Positions 36,078-46,675 of a DNA stretch of 64,000 nt are shown here, piece by piece. The stretch is from Gemmataceae bacterium (GTDB lineage Bacteria > Planctomycetota > Planctomycetia > Gemmatales > Gemmataceae), in contig JAYTUG010000292.1 in NCBI GenBank assembly GCA_043744695.1, forward strand, positions 785-64,784. The letters run 5' to 3'. Within the stretch, counting starts at the first letter, position 1, and the number at the start of each line of letters is the position of its first letter. Both the position numbers and the translations under genes were made by a program. The notes beneath the pieces are model-generated. The model ran no database searches, was not told the origin of the DNA, and saw nothing but the letters and a program-made list of their open reading frames with translations.

Positions 36078-36887
36078 TCACCGAAAGCTCTGTTCCGCAC
36101 CGGGGAACTTCCCGTCGCGGACTTCCTGAGCGTATGCCTGAAGTGCCGTGTGAATCTGGGTGCCGATCTCGGCGTAGCGCTTCACGAACTTCGGTTTGAA
36201 GTCCGCATAGAGACCGAGGAGGTCGTGGAAGACCAGCACCTGCCCGTCGCAATTCGGACCCGCTCCGATGCCGATGGTGGGAATCGTCACCGCTTGCGTG
36301 ATCCTCGCTCCGACCTCGGCCGGCACGCTTTCGACCACGACCGAGAACGCACCGGCTTCCTCGACGGCCTTCGCATCGGCAAGCAGTTGTTCAACGTCGC
36401 GCTGGACCTTGAAGCCTCCGAACAGATTCACCGATTGCGGCGTGAGGCCGACGTGACCCATCACGGGAATGCCAGCGTTCACAATGGCCCGAATGGCTTC
36501 GGCCATGCGTTCGCCGCCTTCCAACTTCACGGCGTGGGCACCGGCCTTTTTGATGAGCCTGCCCGCGCTCCGCACCGCTTGCCGCGGGCTCACTTGGTAA
36601 GACAGGAACGGCAGGTCGGCGACGACCAGCGCTCGCCGGGTGCCGCGGACGACGCATTCCGTGTGATAAGCCATCTGCCCGAGCGTGACGGGCAACGACG
36701 TTTGATGCCCCTGGATCACCATGCCGAGCGAGTCGCCGACGAGGATGCAATCGACGCCGGCTTCGTCGGCAAGGCGGGCCGAGGTGTAGTCGTAGGCCGT
36801 GACGACGACGAGTTTCTCGCCACGGGCTTTCGCAGCGCGGAAGTCCGGCACGGTCACTGGTTTCGGAACGGGAGGGGTCGCACTCAT
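36078..36887 (-). CDS. panB: 3-methyl-2-oxobutanoate hydroxymethyltransferase
   Basis: 269 aa with VVTAYDYTSARLADEAGVDCILVGDSLGMV, VVADLPF, VKLEGG, PVMGHVGLTPQS, IGIGAG..CDGQVLV. Confidence 0.9.
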   Translation of the reverse strand: MSATPPVPKPVTVPDFRAAKARGEKLVVVTAYDYTSARLADEAGVDCILVGDSLGMVIQGHQTSLPVTLGQMAYHTECVVRGTRRALVVADLPFLSYQVSPRQAVRSAGRLIKKAGAHAVKLEGGERMAEAIRAIVNAGIPVMGHVGLTPQSVNLFGGFKVQRDVEQLLADAKAVEEAGAFSVVVESVPAEVGARITQAVTIPTIGIGAGPNCDGQVLVFHDLLGLYADFKPKFVKRYAEIGTQIHTALQAYAQEVRDGKFPGAEQSFR

Positions 36888-36927
36888 GGTTGTTTCATTC
36901 TAGCGGTTTGCGGTTCCCGTAGTGTCG

Positions 36928-36947
36928 GCCGCTCGCGGCTTCGCGAT
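36928..36947. repeat. solitary REP-like unit in the panB / DCC divergent intergenic region
   Basis: GCCGCTCGCGGCTTCGCGAT, 19/20 identical to the unit at 34038-34057. No inverted partner nearby. Confidence 0.6.
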
Positions 36948-36964
36948 CCCGTGGAAGTTCCCTC

Positions 36965-37366
36965 ATGCAGGCGATCCTCCTCTTCGATGGTGAATGTGCC
37001 TTTTGCCGCAAGGGCGTCGGCACCCTCAAGCACCTCGACTGGTTGAACCGCATCCAGTTTCAGGATGCTCGCGACGTGCCGAACTTGCCGGCCTGCGTAG
37101 AACCGCTCGTACCGGAACAATTGCTCGAAGAAATGCACGTCGTCACGCCAGACCGCCAGCATTCCTATGCCGGCTACCGCGCGATTCGCTGGCTGTCGTG
37201 GCGGATTCCACCGCTGTGGATGCTCGCTCCGTTCTTCTACCTGCCCGGAACCCTCTGGCTCGGCAACAAAGCTTACCGCTGGGTCGCACGCAATCGCTTC
37301 AAGCTGGTACCCTGCGAACACGGCCTCTGTACCGTACAAAGAAGGAACACACGGGAGCATCCATGA
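36965..37366 (+). CDS. DCC-family thiol-disulfide oxidoreductase (DUF393)
   Basis: 133 aa. ILLFDGECAFCRKGV carries the CxxC and YRAIRWL...NKAYRWVARNRF is typical of DCC1-like proteins. Confidence 0.8.
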   Translation: MQAILLFDGECAFCRKGVGTLKHLDWLNRIQFQDARDVPNLPACVEPLVPEQLLEEMHVVTPDRQHSYAGYRAIRWLSWRIPPLWMLAPFFYLPGTLWLGNKAYRWVARNRFKLVPCEHGLCTVQRRNTREHP

Positions 37367-38370
37367 GCAATCGCCGATTCGTCGAACAACTCCGCGACGG
37401 AGATAACCTCGAAGAGATTTACCTCGTCACGGATAAACAACTCCGCGTGAACCGCAACGGCAACTCCTACCTGCAACTCGAACTCCGCGACCGCACCGGC
37501 GGCATCTCCGCCCGCCTCTGGAACGCCGGCGACCAGACCGCCCGCGAATTCAACATCGGCGACTTCCTCTTCGCCAACGGCAAAGTCCAACTCTTCCAGG
37601 GCTCACTCCAGGTCATTCTCAACACGGTCGAACGCGTCGAGACTCAAAAGGTCGAACTCACGGACTTCCTGCCGCACACCGAGCAGAGCATTCCCAAACT
37701 CATGGAGAAGCTCAAGGGCTACTTGCTCAAGCTCGGCAACCCGCACCTGAAAGCGCTCGCCGAATGCTTCCTGATGGACGACGACTTCATGCGCGGGTTC
37801 ACGACCTGCCCTGCCGGCGTGAAGTTGCACCACGCTTACATCGGCGGGTTGCTCGAACACGTCGTCTCGATGATGGACGGAGCCGATCGCCTCGCGCCGC
37901 TATATCCCGGAGTCGATCGCGACCTCGTGCTGATGGGCGTCTTTCTCCACGATGCTGGCAAGATTCGCGAACTGACCTACAACCGCGCCTTCGGTTACTC
38001 GGATGAAGGCCAACTGATCGGGCACCTCGCCATCGGCGTCGAGATGCTCGAAACGATGGCCGCCAAGGTTCCCGATCTCACGGGTGAGCCGATGCCGCGC
38101 GAAGTGATCCTGCGCCTGAAGCACATGATCCTCAGCCATCACGGTACGTTGGAATGGGGCAGTGCGAAGGTGCCGATGACGCCCGAAGCGATGCTCTTAC
38201 ACATCATCGACTTGCTGGACACGCGGATGCATCAGGTCGCGCGCGAGATGCGCGAGGACCGCAACAACCCGACGGCGTGGACGCCTTACAACCACAATCT
38301 CGGCCGACGCTTCTACAAGGGGGGCGCGAACGGCGATTTGTACGGCGAAGGCGGCGGCGGCTACGATTGA
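37363..38370 (+). CDS. YhaM-family 3'-5' exoribonuclease-like protein (OB fold plus HD domain)
   Basis: 335 aa from MSNRRFVEQL, with the ATG overlapping the DCC stop (ATGA at 37363-37366). N-terminal OB-fold pattern (YLQLELRDRTGGISARLWN), HD domain (HHAYIGGLLEHV, FLHDAGK, LSHHG). Confidence 0.75.
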   Translation: MSNRRFVEQLRDGDNLEEIYLVTDKQLRVNRNGNSYLQLELRDRTGGISARLWNAGDQTAREFNIGDFLFANGKVQLFQGSLQVILNTVERVETQKVELTDFLPHTEQSIPKLMEKLKGYLLKLGNPHLKALAECFLMDDDFMRGFTTCPAGVKLHHAYIGGLLEHVVSMMDGADRLAPLYPGVDRDLVLMGVFLHDAGKIRELTYNRAFGYSDEGQLIGHLAIGVEMLETMAAKVPDLTGEPMPREVILRLKHMILSHHGTLEWGSAKVPMTPEAMLLHIIDLLDTRMHQVAREMREDRNNPTAWTPYNHNLGRRFYKGGANGDLYGEGGGGYD

Positions 38371-38373
38371 AGC

Positions 38374-39996
38374 CTACTTCACGCCGCTCTTCTCTCGCGC
38401 CGGGCGAAACTCATCGCCCGGATTCCACGTCGGGAGTCGATCCGCATTCGCCACATCGCGAGCGAGGTCGATCGCGAATCCGGCGAGCATGGCGAACCCC
38501 GAGAAGTCCCACTCCGGGCGCATCTCGTCTTGCGGTGAGTGATACGCCTTCTCAGTGAACTCCTGGTATGCCTTCTTGGCGAAGTCCGCCGGCTTCCCCT
38601 TGATCTTGCCGCCCGCCGAGACGGAAAACGCCGGCACCCCCGCGCGGGCCATCGAGAAGTGATCCGAACGGTAGAAGATTCCCAAATGCGCCCGCTGATC
38701 CGGTTCGATCTCGAGCCCGCGTTTCTCCGCGATGGCTTTCACGCTCGGCCAAACGGTCGTGCGTTCGGAACCGGTCGCGACGATGGACTCGGGCACGCCG
38801 AGCGGCAGGATCATGTCGAAGTTCAAATTCAGCGCGGTCTTGCCCACCGGAATCACCGGATGCTGCGCATAGTATTTGGAACCGAGCAAGCCTTTCTCTT
38901 CCGCGGTGACGGCCAGGAAGATCGCGGATCGCTTCGGCTTCACGGCCTGAGCGGACCAGTTGCGGGCGATTTCGAGTAGCAAGCCGCAACCGGTGGCGTT
39001 GTCGGCCGCGCCGTTGTAGATGGTGTCGCCGAGTACGCCTCGACCGACGCCGAGATGATCCCAGTGAGCCGTGAAGAGGACCGCTTCCGATTTGAGGGTC
39101 GGGTCGCTTCCCTCGACGATGCCGACGACGTTGTTGCTCGCGATTTTCTCGATGCGCGTTGGGATGTGCCCCTTCAGAATGCACCCGAGCGAGTACGGTT
39201 TGAAACCTTTCGTATCGGCTTCCTTGAGTGCTCCTTCGACGGTCTTTCCCGCGAGCCCCAAAAGTTGCTCACCCGCTTTGCGCGAGAGCCAGCCCGCGAA
39301 GGCGAGCGCGGGTTCGCCGGGCTCGCGCTTCAGTTGAGCACCGTCGAGCGGCCGTACGACCGAGTACGGATAGCCGGCCGTTTCCGTCGTGTGAATGATG
39401 AAGCACGCCTTTGCTCCGCGCCGGGCCGCTTCCTCGAACTTGAACGTCCAGCGACCGTAATACGTGAGTGCCGGCCCACCGAAGAATTTGGGATCTTTTG
39501 AAGGCGGCTCGTTGGTAAACAGCACGACGACTTTGCCCTTCACATCCAGATCTTTGTAATCGTCCCACTCGAATTCCGGGGCCGTGATGCCGTGGCCGAG
39601 GAACACGGCCTCAGCATCGAAGTCCTCGAGTTCTTTCTGCGTGTGGCTCGTGCCGGAGAAGTCTTCCTCGCAGGCGATGTCGAGTTTCGCGTCGCCTTTT
39701 GAAGCCCGGAGCGTGGACTTCGGATCGGTGAACACGCGAAGCAGCGGCACGGGTTGGAAGTAGGTTCCTTCCGCTCCCATCGGCTTCAGCCCCGCCTTGT
39801 TGAACTCGCCGGCGAGGTACTCGGTGGTGAGTTCTTCGCCGCGCGTGCCGGGCCCGCGCCCTTCGAGACGATCGCTTGAAAGGTAGGCGACGTGCGCCTT
39901 GATCCGCTCGGCGGAAATCGCAACCGGTGGGCCTTCCGCCGCCGCCGGAATCACCAATAGTGCGGCGCCGAAGACGAGGAACGAGCGATATGGCAC
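38374..39996 (-). CDS. M28-family aminopeptidase with PA domain
   Basis: 540 aa with a GTG start preceded by GAGGA and a signal peptide. Motifs: FTAHWDHLG, GAADNATGCGLLLEIAR, FLAVTAEEKGLLGS, YHSPQDE. Confidence 0.8.
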   Translation of the reverse strand: MPYRSFLVFGAALLVIPAAAEGPPVAISAERIKAHVAYLSSDRLEGRGPGTRGEELTTEYLAGEFNKAGLKPMGAEGTYFQPVPLLRVFTDPKSTLRASKGDAKLDIACEEDFSGTSHTQKELEDFDAEAVFLGHGITAPEFEWDDYKDLDVKGKVVVLFTNEPPSKDPKFFGGPALTYYGRWTFKFEEAARRGAKACFIIHTTETAGYPYSVVRPLDGAQLKREPGEPALAFAGWLSRKAGEQLLGLAGKTVEGALKEADTKGFKPYSLGCILKGHIPTRIEKIASNNVVGIVEGSDPTLKSEAVLFTAHWDHLGVGRGVLGDTIYNGAADNATGCGLLLEIARNWSAQAVKPKRSAIFLAVTAEEKGLLGSKYYAQHPVIPVGKTALNLNFDMILPLGVPESIVATGSERTTVWPSVKAIAEKRGLEIEPDQRAHLGIFYRSDHFSMARAGVPAFSVSAGGKIKGKPADFAKKAYQEFTEKAYHSPQDEMRPEWDFSGFAMLAGFAIDLARDVANADRLPTWNPGDEFRPAREKSGVK

Positions 39997-40010
39997 GGAG
40001 GTGTCCTCAG

Positions 40011-41345
40011 TTAAACGCGACTAAAAATGGAGTTGCTCAGCGTGCCGGTGCTGTCGGCGAACGATTCTTGCTCGATGCCCAGCGAACGGAGGATGCTGAT
40101 GTACGCGTTCGACATGCGCGCGTCGTCCTTGCGCCAGTAGGTGCCGTGCTTCAGGCCCATCTTCGAGCCGCCGGCCACGAGCGTGGGCAGATTCTTGGGG
40201 TTGTGCGTCGTGCTCGCGCCGCTGCCGAAGAGTACGATCGTGTTGTCGAACACGCTCCCATCGCGATCTCGGTACTTCGCGAGGCGAGCGAAGAAGTAGG
40301 CCAGTTGTTCGCTGAGGAAGAGGTCGTACTTCGCGAAGGCCAACTGCCCGGCTTTATCGACGGCGTGCGAGAGCGAGTGGTGCGTTTGGCCGAGCCCGAG
40401 CTTGATCGGGAAGGTATCGCTGATGCCCATGCCGTCTTCGCGGTTGAGCATGAACACGACCGACCGCGTGATGTCCGCATCGAAGGCCAATGCGATCAGG
40501 TCGAACATCGCTCGGTAGTATTCGGCGGGTTCGCCCTCGGTGGTTGCGTCCAGCTTCACGTGCGAGGAATCCTGCTTCTTCAGCGGGACGTCGATCCACT
40601 TCTCGGAGGCAATCAGGCGCGACTCGACTTCGTTGAGCGACGTGAGGTATTGATCCATTCGCTCGCGGTCGGACTTCCCGAGTTCTCTGTTGAACGACTT
40701 CGCACTCGCGCCGATGGCGTCGACCAGTTTGATCTGCCGCTGGAACTTGTCGTGTTCGGCTTTCAGCGAGGTCTTGTCGCCGCGGAAGAGGCGGTTGAAG
40801 ATGCGCCGCGGGTTGTTCTCCGCCGGGATCGGCCGGCCTTCCAGGCTGTAAGAAATCGTGCCGGTCCGCGAGAGGAACCCCGTGCCCGCATCGATGGAAA
40901 GCACGAGCGACGGCTGACGGCAGTACTGCTTCGTGTGCAACGCCACGACCTGATCCAGGCCCACCGAGTTGTACGAACCTGGCTTCGGGTTGTGCAGCGG
41001 CGCACCGGTCAGCCACATATCGGAGCAGACGTGCGGGTCGGCCTTCGGGCCGCTCGGATGGTGCAACCCGCCCAGGAAGCTGACGCTCTTTCGGAATGGA
41101 GCGAGCGGTTCGGTCGATTTGCCGAAGACGAACTCGCCGTTCTTCTCGGCAGTCGGGAACCAACTCCACTCGTCGATGCCGTGCTGCTTCTGCGGTAGGG
41201 ACATGCCGTTCGCCGTATACAGAGCGCAGAAGCGGCGCGGAGCCTTTTCCGCGACGGCCGCTCCCATGGCGTCGAGCACCGGCAGCGCGAGCGAAGCGCC
41301 GCCAAGACCGAACAGGAAAGCACGACGATCGAGTTGCGTGGGCAT
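40011..41345 (-). CDS. DUF1552 domain protein (Tat signal)
   Basis: 444 aa. [22 protein letters not shown], then the DUF1552-typical [10 protein letters not shown]... and HHSLSH. Classic partner of the upstream DUF1592-type gene. Confidence 0.85.
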   Translation of the reverse strand: MPTQLDRRAFLFGLGGASLALPVLDAMGAAVAEKAPRRFCALYTANGMSLPQKQHGIDEWSWFPTAEKNGEFVFGKSTEPLAPFRKSVSFLGGLHHPSGPKADPHVCSDMWLTGAPLHNPKPGSYNSVGLDQVVALHTKQYCRQPSLVLSIDAGTGFLSRTGTISYSLEGRPIPAENNPRRIFNRLFRGDKTSLKAEHDKFQRQIKLVDAIGASAKSFNRELGKSDRERMDQYLTSLNEVESRLIASEKWIDVPLKKQDSSHVKLDATTEGEPAEYYRAMFDLIALAFDADITRSVVFMLNREDGMGISDTFPIKLGLGQTHHSLSHAVDKAGQLAFAKYDLFLSEQLAYFFARLAKYRDRDGSVFDNTIVLFGSGASTTHNPKNLPTLVAGGSKMGLKHGTYWRKDDARMSNAYISILRSLGIEQESFADSTGTLSNSIFSRV

Positions 41346-41360
41346 CGGTGAGCTTTCTCG

Positions 41361-41430
41361 TTTAGCCGCGACGCGGAGTCCTCGGAGCGGAGCGCGACAT
41401 CGCCGGTGTTGTCTCCGCGTCGCGGCTAAA
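41361..41430. repeat. intercistronic hairpin (18-bp perfect stem) sharing a 34-nt exact repeat with the pxpB coding sequence
   Basis: TTTAGCCGCGACGCGGAG (41361-78) pairs with CTCCGCGTCGCGGCTAAA (41413-30) around a 34-nt loop. 41362-41395 is identical to 2172-2205. Confidence 0.8.
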
Positions 41431-41434
41431 CAGG

Positions 41435-44332
41435 TTACTTCTCAAGAAACATCTTACTGGTCACCACGTAGCGGATCACGTCGCGCATCCGGTAGCCGTC
41501 GGCCTTCAATCTTAACCCATCGGTGCGGAGAAACTCAAGTTCGCCGTAGGCCAAGTTGCGGCCGGTGGCGTAGATCGCCAAGTGCTTGAGGACGCTGAAC
41601 GCGACCTGATCAATGCGGTCGTCCGCCAAATACTTCCGCAGCGCCGCGAAGTCCGCCACCTCGGTTTTATCGGGAAGCGTCGAACGCGCGTCCACCTTGC
41701 TCACCTTGAACAGTCCGCCGGCGTCGAATTCCTCGAAGGGGACGCCCCACGGGTCGAACTTCGTGTGGCACTGGGCGCAGCCCGGCTGGTTGCGGTGCTT
41801 TTCGAGCCGCTCGCGGAGTGAGAGCGATTTCGTCTCCTCCTTCAGAGCGGGCACGTTCGGCGGCGGGTCGTCTGGCGGTTCAGCTATGATGCGGCGAGCG
41901 AGCCACGCACCGCGCTTCACCGGGTTCGACTCGCGGCCATCCGAGAGCCCGGCCAGAATTGCCGGCTGCGTGAGCAGGCCACCCAGATCGCGACGACCGT
42001 GAAGAATCGGCACGAACCGGAAGCCGCTCTCCGAAGTGAGCCCGTAGTAACTCGCGACCACCTCGTTTGCCATCACGAAGTCGGAGGCGATCAGGTTCAG
42101 CAACGGCAGGTTGTTCCGCATCGCATGTTCGAGGAACTGCACGGGTTCCTCGCGCAACTGCGTGCGGGTATCGCGGGTGAGTTTTGGGAATCGCTTGCGG
42201 TCCGGTTCGAGTACGGCGAACTTGTCCAGCGCCAGCCATTGCGCGGCGAACTCGCCGGTGAAGCGCGAGAAGCGCGGGTCGGCGATCATCCGCACCACCT
42301 CCGCATCCAACTGCTTCGGCAACTCGCCGGACGCGGCCAGTTTCAGCGTCGTCGCGTCCGGCGGGCCGTTCCACAAGAAGTACGAGAGCTTCGACGCCAG
42401 TTCATAATTGTCCAGCGGTTCGGGTTCGGGAGTGCGGCTGTTCTCGATCAAGAACAGAAACTGCGGCGACGTGAGAACCACTTGCAGGGCGTCCTTCACG
42501 CCGTTCTGGAAAGTCGCACCGACCTTCAGGGCTTTCTCGAACACCGCGAAAAATGCCGCCTCTTCCCGTGCGGTAATCGGCCGACGGAAGGCACGGGTGG
42601 CGAACGCACGGATCGCCTTGCGGGCACTCGCTGGAATCTCCTCGTCGTCCGCGAAGATGGCTCGGTGCGTCGCGGGCGGCCAGGTGTCGTGGAGCGGGCC
42701 TTCGAACTCGACCGACCGAATCAGCAAGCGCGGCAGGTCGCGGCCATCCGTGTACTCGCTCCGCACCCCGATCTCGCGAACCCCCGCGAGATAGTTCACG
42801 TTGTCCTTCTCGACGTTCGGGTCGGGGAAGTTGTTGATCGCCCCTTCGAACACGAACTTCGCGAGCTTCCCGCTCGTCACGGCTTGCGGCACTCCGACCG
42901 GGGAAAGCGTGCTGCCGCAATCGCGCCGGAAGCCGAGGTGGACGCCGAGTTGCAGGGAACGTTTCTCGAACGCGGCGAATCGCTTCGCCAACTCGTGGTC
43001 GGCGGCGAGCCGCGTGAAGACAATCCGCTCCGAGGTCATTCCCTTCACGCCGATCGGAAGCTCGCCCGCGGGCAGTCGAAGCACCAGAAACGCGGGTTGG
43101 TTCGGCGTGCCGATGAAGGAGTGTTCGCCGAGCATCAGTGTCACCTCGGCGGGCTTGGCCATCTTGGCCGCATGAACATCCACCTGAAAGATGCCGGGCT
43201 CTTTGATCGTCACGCTATTCGAATCGCGGCTCGCGATGCTGTCCGCGGTTTCGAGCGATTTGGTTCCCGGATCGAGCAGCAGGCCATCTTCGTACTTTGC
43301 GGCCATCACGGTCACGCGGAAGCGGCCATCGTCGGGGAGTTCCCGCAGCGCGATCTTGAAGTTCGCGCGCGGGCCGTAGGTGCTGGACTCTCCGAACAGT
43401 TCGGAACTCGGGATGGCGGGCCGCAGCAAGAGCCCTTGCGAAACGGTGCTGTACGCTCGGCCTTTCGGGTAGCCGTGACTGCCGCGCACGTCTGCGAACA
43501 CCGCGTGATAGATGCTGTCGTAATCGCGCCAGCCGCGAACGGTGTCGTTCCCCTGGTAGCCCTCGATGAACCGGTACTTCGTCCGCATCGCGAACGGCTC
43601 GAAGGCGAAGGTCTTGTTCGCCTTCAGTTGTTCGACCGTGAAATCGCGTTTGTCCAGCAGCAGGCTATCCGCTCCCAGAATGAGGTTGTCTGGGATCGGC
43701 TTGGGGTTGATTCCGGCTCCGAGATCGACGCGGAAGTTCTGAATCGCGGGCGTTGACTTCGGATCGACGAGACAGCGTGAGAGTGCCCGATCGGCAATGT
43801 CGAAGTATGCCTCCAGCAGCAGCGGCGAGAGTTGAAGCGTTTCCTGGTTGTTCACGAACCCGTCGCGCGAGACGGCATCCGGCGGCAGCACCTCCGCGAT
43901 GTTGTCTTCGAGCAGGAGCAGTTCGCGGAGCGTGTTGCGGTACTGGGCCACGGTGAGCCGCCTCACGCTACCGTTCTTCGGCGTTGGCCGCGAACGGGCC
44001 ACCTTCATCGCCCCTTCCATCCACTCCACAGCTCGCTTGCGGGCTTCGGCCGTCGGTTGCTTCGCGTCTTCCGGCGGCATCGCCCCAGACTTCGTCTGCT
44101 TCAGAACGTGTTCCCAGAGCTTGAGATGCCGATCTTCCAGCTTCGCATCGAGGTGATCGACCCGGACGCCGGAGGTCATCTTGTCCGCGTTGTGGCACCG
44201 CGTGCAACTCTGCTTCAAGAACGGCTTCACGTGTTGTTCGAATGCGAGTTCGTGAGCGTCGGCGTCCGCGGCCTGGGCGGGCATCGACGCCAGCAGAACG
44301 AACAGCAAAGTCGAGTATCGAACGACGGTCAT
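41435..44332 (-). CDS. DUF1592/DUF1588/DUF1595/DUF1587/DUF1585-type protein with heme-binding CxxCH motifs
   Basis: 965 aa from [21 protein letters not shown] (signal). N-terminal CTRCHN...SGVRVD and C-terminal [13 protein letters not shown] are typical of this planctomycete family. Paired with DUF1552. Confidence 0.85.
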   Translation of the reverse strand: MTVVRYSTLLFVLLASMPAQAADADAHELAFEQHVKPFLKQSCTRCHNADKMTSGVRVDHLDAKLEDRHLKLWEHVLKQTKSGAMPPEDAKQPTAEARKRAVEWMEGAMKVARSRPTPKNGSVRRLTVAQYRNTLRELLLLEDNIAEVLPPDAVSRDGFVNNQETLQLSPLLLEAYFDIADRALSRCLVDPKSTPAIQNFRVDLGAGINPKPIPDNLILGADSLLLDKRDFTVEQLKANKTFAFEPFAMRTKYRFIEGYQGNDTVRGWRDYDSIYHAVFADVRGSHGYPKGRAYSTVSQGLLLRPAIPSSELFGESSTYGPRANFKIALRELPDDGRFRVTVMAAKYEDGLLLDPGTKSLETADSIASRDSNSVTIKEPGIFQVDVHAAKMAKPAEVTLMLGEHSFIGTPNQPAFLVLRLPAGELPIGVKGMTSERIVFTRLAADHELAKRFAAFEKRSLQLGVHLGFRRDCGSTLSPVGVPQAVTSGKLAKFVFEGAINNFPDPNVEKDNVNYLAGVREIGVRSEYTDGRDLPRLLIRSVEFEGPLHDTWPPATHRAIFADDEEIPASARKAIRAFATRAFRRPITAREEAAFFAVFEKALKVGATFQNGVKDALQVVLTSPQFLFLIENSRTPEPEPLDNYELASKLSYFLWNGPPDATTLKLAASGELPKQLDAEVVRMIADPRFSRFTGEFAAQWLALDKFAVLEPDRKRFPKLTRDTRTQLREEPVQFLEHAMRNNLPLLNLIASDFVMANEVVASYYGLTSESGFRFVPILHGRRDLGGLLTQPAILAGLSDGRESNPVKRGAWLARRIIAEPPDDPPPNVPALKEETKSLSLRERLEKHRNQPGCAQCHTKFDPWGVPFEEFDAGGLFKVSKVDARSTLPDKTEVADFAALRKYLADDRIDQVAFSVLKHLAIYATGRNLAYGELEFLRTDGLRLKADGYRMRDVIRYVVTSKMFLEK

Positions 44333-44492
44333 GAAATTGCTCGGAGGGCAGCGATCAACGTGCGGTCTGGCGAGATGGTTGAAGTTTACCCCAGCGAGCC
44401 CGGAGCCGCAAGGATTTGTCGAAGCGATTCCGGGCGTGCCTGCTGGGTATAATGCAGCGTCCGCGAGTTTACTTGCGAAATAAGGATCCGTT

Positions 44493-45176
44493 ATGCGGCA
44501 CACAGCGATCGTCTTGGTGCCCGCCGCGGTGGCCCTCACGTTCGGGCTCTACCTGCTGAACTCGGCAGGCGAGTTCACCGTGCCGGAAAACTTCCCGGTC
44601 CTCACGGCGGACGAAATCGGCCCGAAGCCGCTAGCTCACGGCCCCGAACTGGCCACGTTCGGCTCCGGGTGCTTCTGGTGTACCGAGGCCGTCTTCCAGC
44701 AATTGAAGGGCGTGGTCAAAGTCGAATCCGGCTACAGCGGTGGCTCCGTGAAGAACCCTTCGTATGCGCAAATCTGTACCGGCGCGACCGGACATGCCGA
44801 GGTCGTGCAGGTAACCTTCGACCCGAGGTTGGTCTCGTATCCGGAACTGTTGGAACTGTTCTGGCGGTCGCACGACCCGACCACCCGCGATCGTCAGGGC
44901 CACGACTCGGGAACGCAGTATCGATCCATCGTCTTCTTCCATACCGACGAGCAGAAGCAGTTGGCCGAACGCTACAAGGCGAAGATCGACGCAGCGGGGG
45001 TCTACCCGAAGCCGATCGTGACCGAGATCGTGCCGTTCGTGGAGTTCTTCCCGGCGGACGCGAGCCATCGGAACTTCTACGCGGAGAACGCCAAGCAACC
45101 GTACTGCCAGGCCGTGATCCGACCCAAGCTGGACAAGCTGCACAAGGTGTTTCAGGAACGGATGAAGCCGGAGTGA
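44493..45176 (+). CDS. msrA: peptide-methionine (S)-S-oxide reductase with N-terminal membrane anchor
   Basis: 227 aa with [48 protein letters not shown]. Confidence 0.9.
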   Translation: MRHTAIVLVPAAVALTFGLYLLNSAGEFTVPENFPVLTADEIGPKPLAHGPELATFGSGCFWCTEAVFQQLKGVVKVESGYSGGSVKNPSYAQICTGATGHAEVVQVTFDPRLVSYPELLELFWRSHDPTTRDRQGHDSGTQYRSIVFFHTDEQKQLAERYKAKIDAAGVYPKPIVTEIVPFVEFFPADASHRNFYAENAKQPYCQAVIRPKLDKLHKVFQERMKPE

Positions 45177-45204
45177 TTCAGGACTTTTCGAGTGCGGGTA
45201 AGCC

Positions 45205-45600
45205 TTACTCCGCGGGCACCGCAAGTTCATCGATTATCTTTTCGACGCCGACGGTGTGTTCGGCGATGCTCACCGCCGTTTTGCGGACCTTTGCGGAAGG
45301 CACCACGCCGCGAAGCGTCACCGTGGTGCCATCGGCGGACAGGTCGAAGGCTATCCCTTCAAGCCGGTTGTCTGCTTCGAGGCGGGCTTTCACTTTGTCT
45401 TCGATCCGTTCCGGAATCTCGCGCCGCAGCGCATTGATCGGCCCGGCAACCTTCGCGGCCGGAGGCAGTGCGTCGCGCACCTTGCCGATGACGAGCCGAC
45501 CGATGGCCGCAAGTTTATCCCCATCCGATGGCTTGAACCGCGTGCCGACGAGAAGAATGAACAGCGAGATGAGAATGAGGACGGCAGCAAATTGACGCAT
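45205..45600 (-). CDS. BON domain protein (membrane-anchored)
   Basis: Start taken at MRQFAAVLILISLFILLVG. The C-terminal segment (FDLSADGTTVTLRGVVPSAKVRKTAVSIAEHTVGVEKIIDEL) is BON-like. Confidence 0.7.
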   Translation of the reverse strand: MRQFAAVLILISLFILLVGTRFKPSDGDKLAAIGRLVIGKVRDALPPAAKVAGPINALRREIPERIEDKVKARLEADNRLEGIAFDLSADGTTVTLRGVVPSAKVRKTAVSIAEHTVGVEKIIDELAVPAE

Positions 45601-45726
45601 GGCGAATACCTGGGTAACGCGGCCCCAGGTATTGCACACGATTCTCGGAACTGTTGAACGCCGGGTTCGGCTCAGCGGGCCGCGTTTGCCAATCCTTCGA
45701 GGTCACATTCGCTTCGACCGATAAAG

Positions 45727-46575
45727 TCACTCGCCCGGAATGGCGTCGGTCTCTTTTCCAGCGATGGTTGCCAGGCTGAAGATTACCTTGGGATCGACGC
45801 GAGGGGTGAAGGAGCGTGTCGAACCATCGGCCATTGCCCAGTTGGATGTCTCGGGGTGGTTGCCTCCGAACTGTGCTCTGAGGCCGATGAGTGGCTTCGC
45901 GTCCGGGCGGTCGTCGAGGCCGCGAAGCGTGGCTGGCCCGCCGCGAAGCCAGGAGCCAAGATCGTCCGAGCGTTCGCCGAAAAGCAAGGTGTTGCTCAGG
46001 CCGTCGGTGATCGAGGTAAACGGCGTGGGGGCATCGTAGCGGAAGCAGCCGGCACGGGGTGAAGGCGGCCCCGGCGCAACGAAGTTGAGCATCGCGGCAT
46101 CGAACCCCAGCCCCGCGATTCCGACGTATTGCGTAGGTGCGGGCTGCTCGGGGTCGATACTCGGCGGGTTGCCGGGGCAGAGCAGGGCGAGCACTTTCAA
46201 ACGGGCGGCTTCCTGATTCTTGGCCGCGGACCACGGTCGCGAATCGTCGAGGGAACCGATGATGGTCGTCGTGTTTTGCTGCCGCTGATCGACGCCCGCC
46301 AGCGCCCCCACGACCCAACTCAGGCGATCTTCAGGAACAATCCCTAGAAGGAAGACCGTGCCGGCGGGAACTTCCTGGGCCAACTTTTCGGCTGGCGCAT
46401 TCTTCGGCGGGTGAGCGTAAAACGCCGCGAAGAGCGAGAGGTTCTTGAGGTTGTACTTGCAGGCTTCTTGCTCCGCCGCGGCGCGGCGTTTGGGCAGCGC
46501 CGTGATCAGCACGCCGATGCCGAAGAGTACGATGAACGCGGCCAGTCCGATGAGTAGCCAAGGACGCATGAGCAT
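45727..46575 (-). CDS. DUF1559 (H-X9-DG) domain protein
   Basis: 283 aa from MLMRPWLLIGLAAFIVLFG (TM). The C-terminal GGNHPETSNWAMADGSTR fits H-X9-DG exactly. Confidence 0.75.
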   Translation of the reverse strand: MLMRPWLLIGLAAFIVLFGIGVLITALPKRRAAAEQEACKYNLKNLSLFAAFYAHPPKNAPAEKLAQEVPAGTVFLLGIVPEDRLSWVVGALAGVDQRQQNTTTIIGSLDDSRPWSAAKNQEAARLKVLALLCPGNPPSIDPEQPAPTQYVGIAGLGFDAAMLNFVAPGPPSPRAGCFRYDAPTPFTSITDGLSNTLLFGERSDDLGSWLRGGPATLRGLDDRPDAKPLIGLRAQFGGNHPETSNWAMADGSTRSFTPRVDPKVIFSLATIAGKETDAIPGE

Positions 46576-46592
46576 GATCCTGGGAGCGCGGC

Positions 46593-46674
46593 TTGAAACC
46601 CGGTTTCTGCTTTGGAAACCGGGTTTCTTGAGCCTACCAGAAACCCGGTTTCCAAAGCAGAAACCGGGTTTCAA
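46593..46674. repeat. perfect 36-bp inverted repeat containing four GAAAC-N3-GTTTC boxes
   Basis: 46593-46628 is the exact reverse complement of 46639-46674 (10-nt spacer TGAGCCTACC). The 13-bp boxes lie at 46595-607, 46615-627, 46640-652 and 46660-672. It sits between the stop of the enolase-superfamily gene (46676) and the start of the DUF1559 gene (46575). Confidence 0.85.
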
Positions 46675-46675
46675 C

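Noticed and set aside
36994-37362. N-terminal 123-aa extension of the YhaM-like ORF in the track (start at 36994)
   Set aside because: The extension overlaps the well-supported DCC gene out of frame and is Arg/Pro-rich. The ATG at 37363 gives a full OB-HD protein with ATGA coupling.
46593-46674. Possibility that the repeated GAAAC...GTTTC boxes are a small CRISPR array
   Set aside because: The copies are arranged as one perfect inverted repeat rather than direct repeats with unique spacers. The gaps are 7-12 nt, and no cas genes are present.
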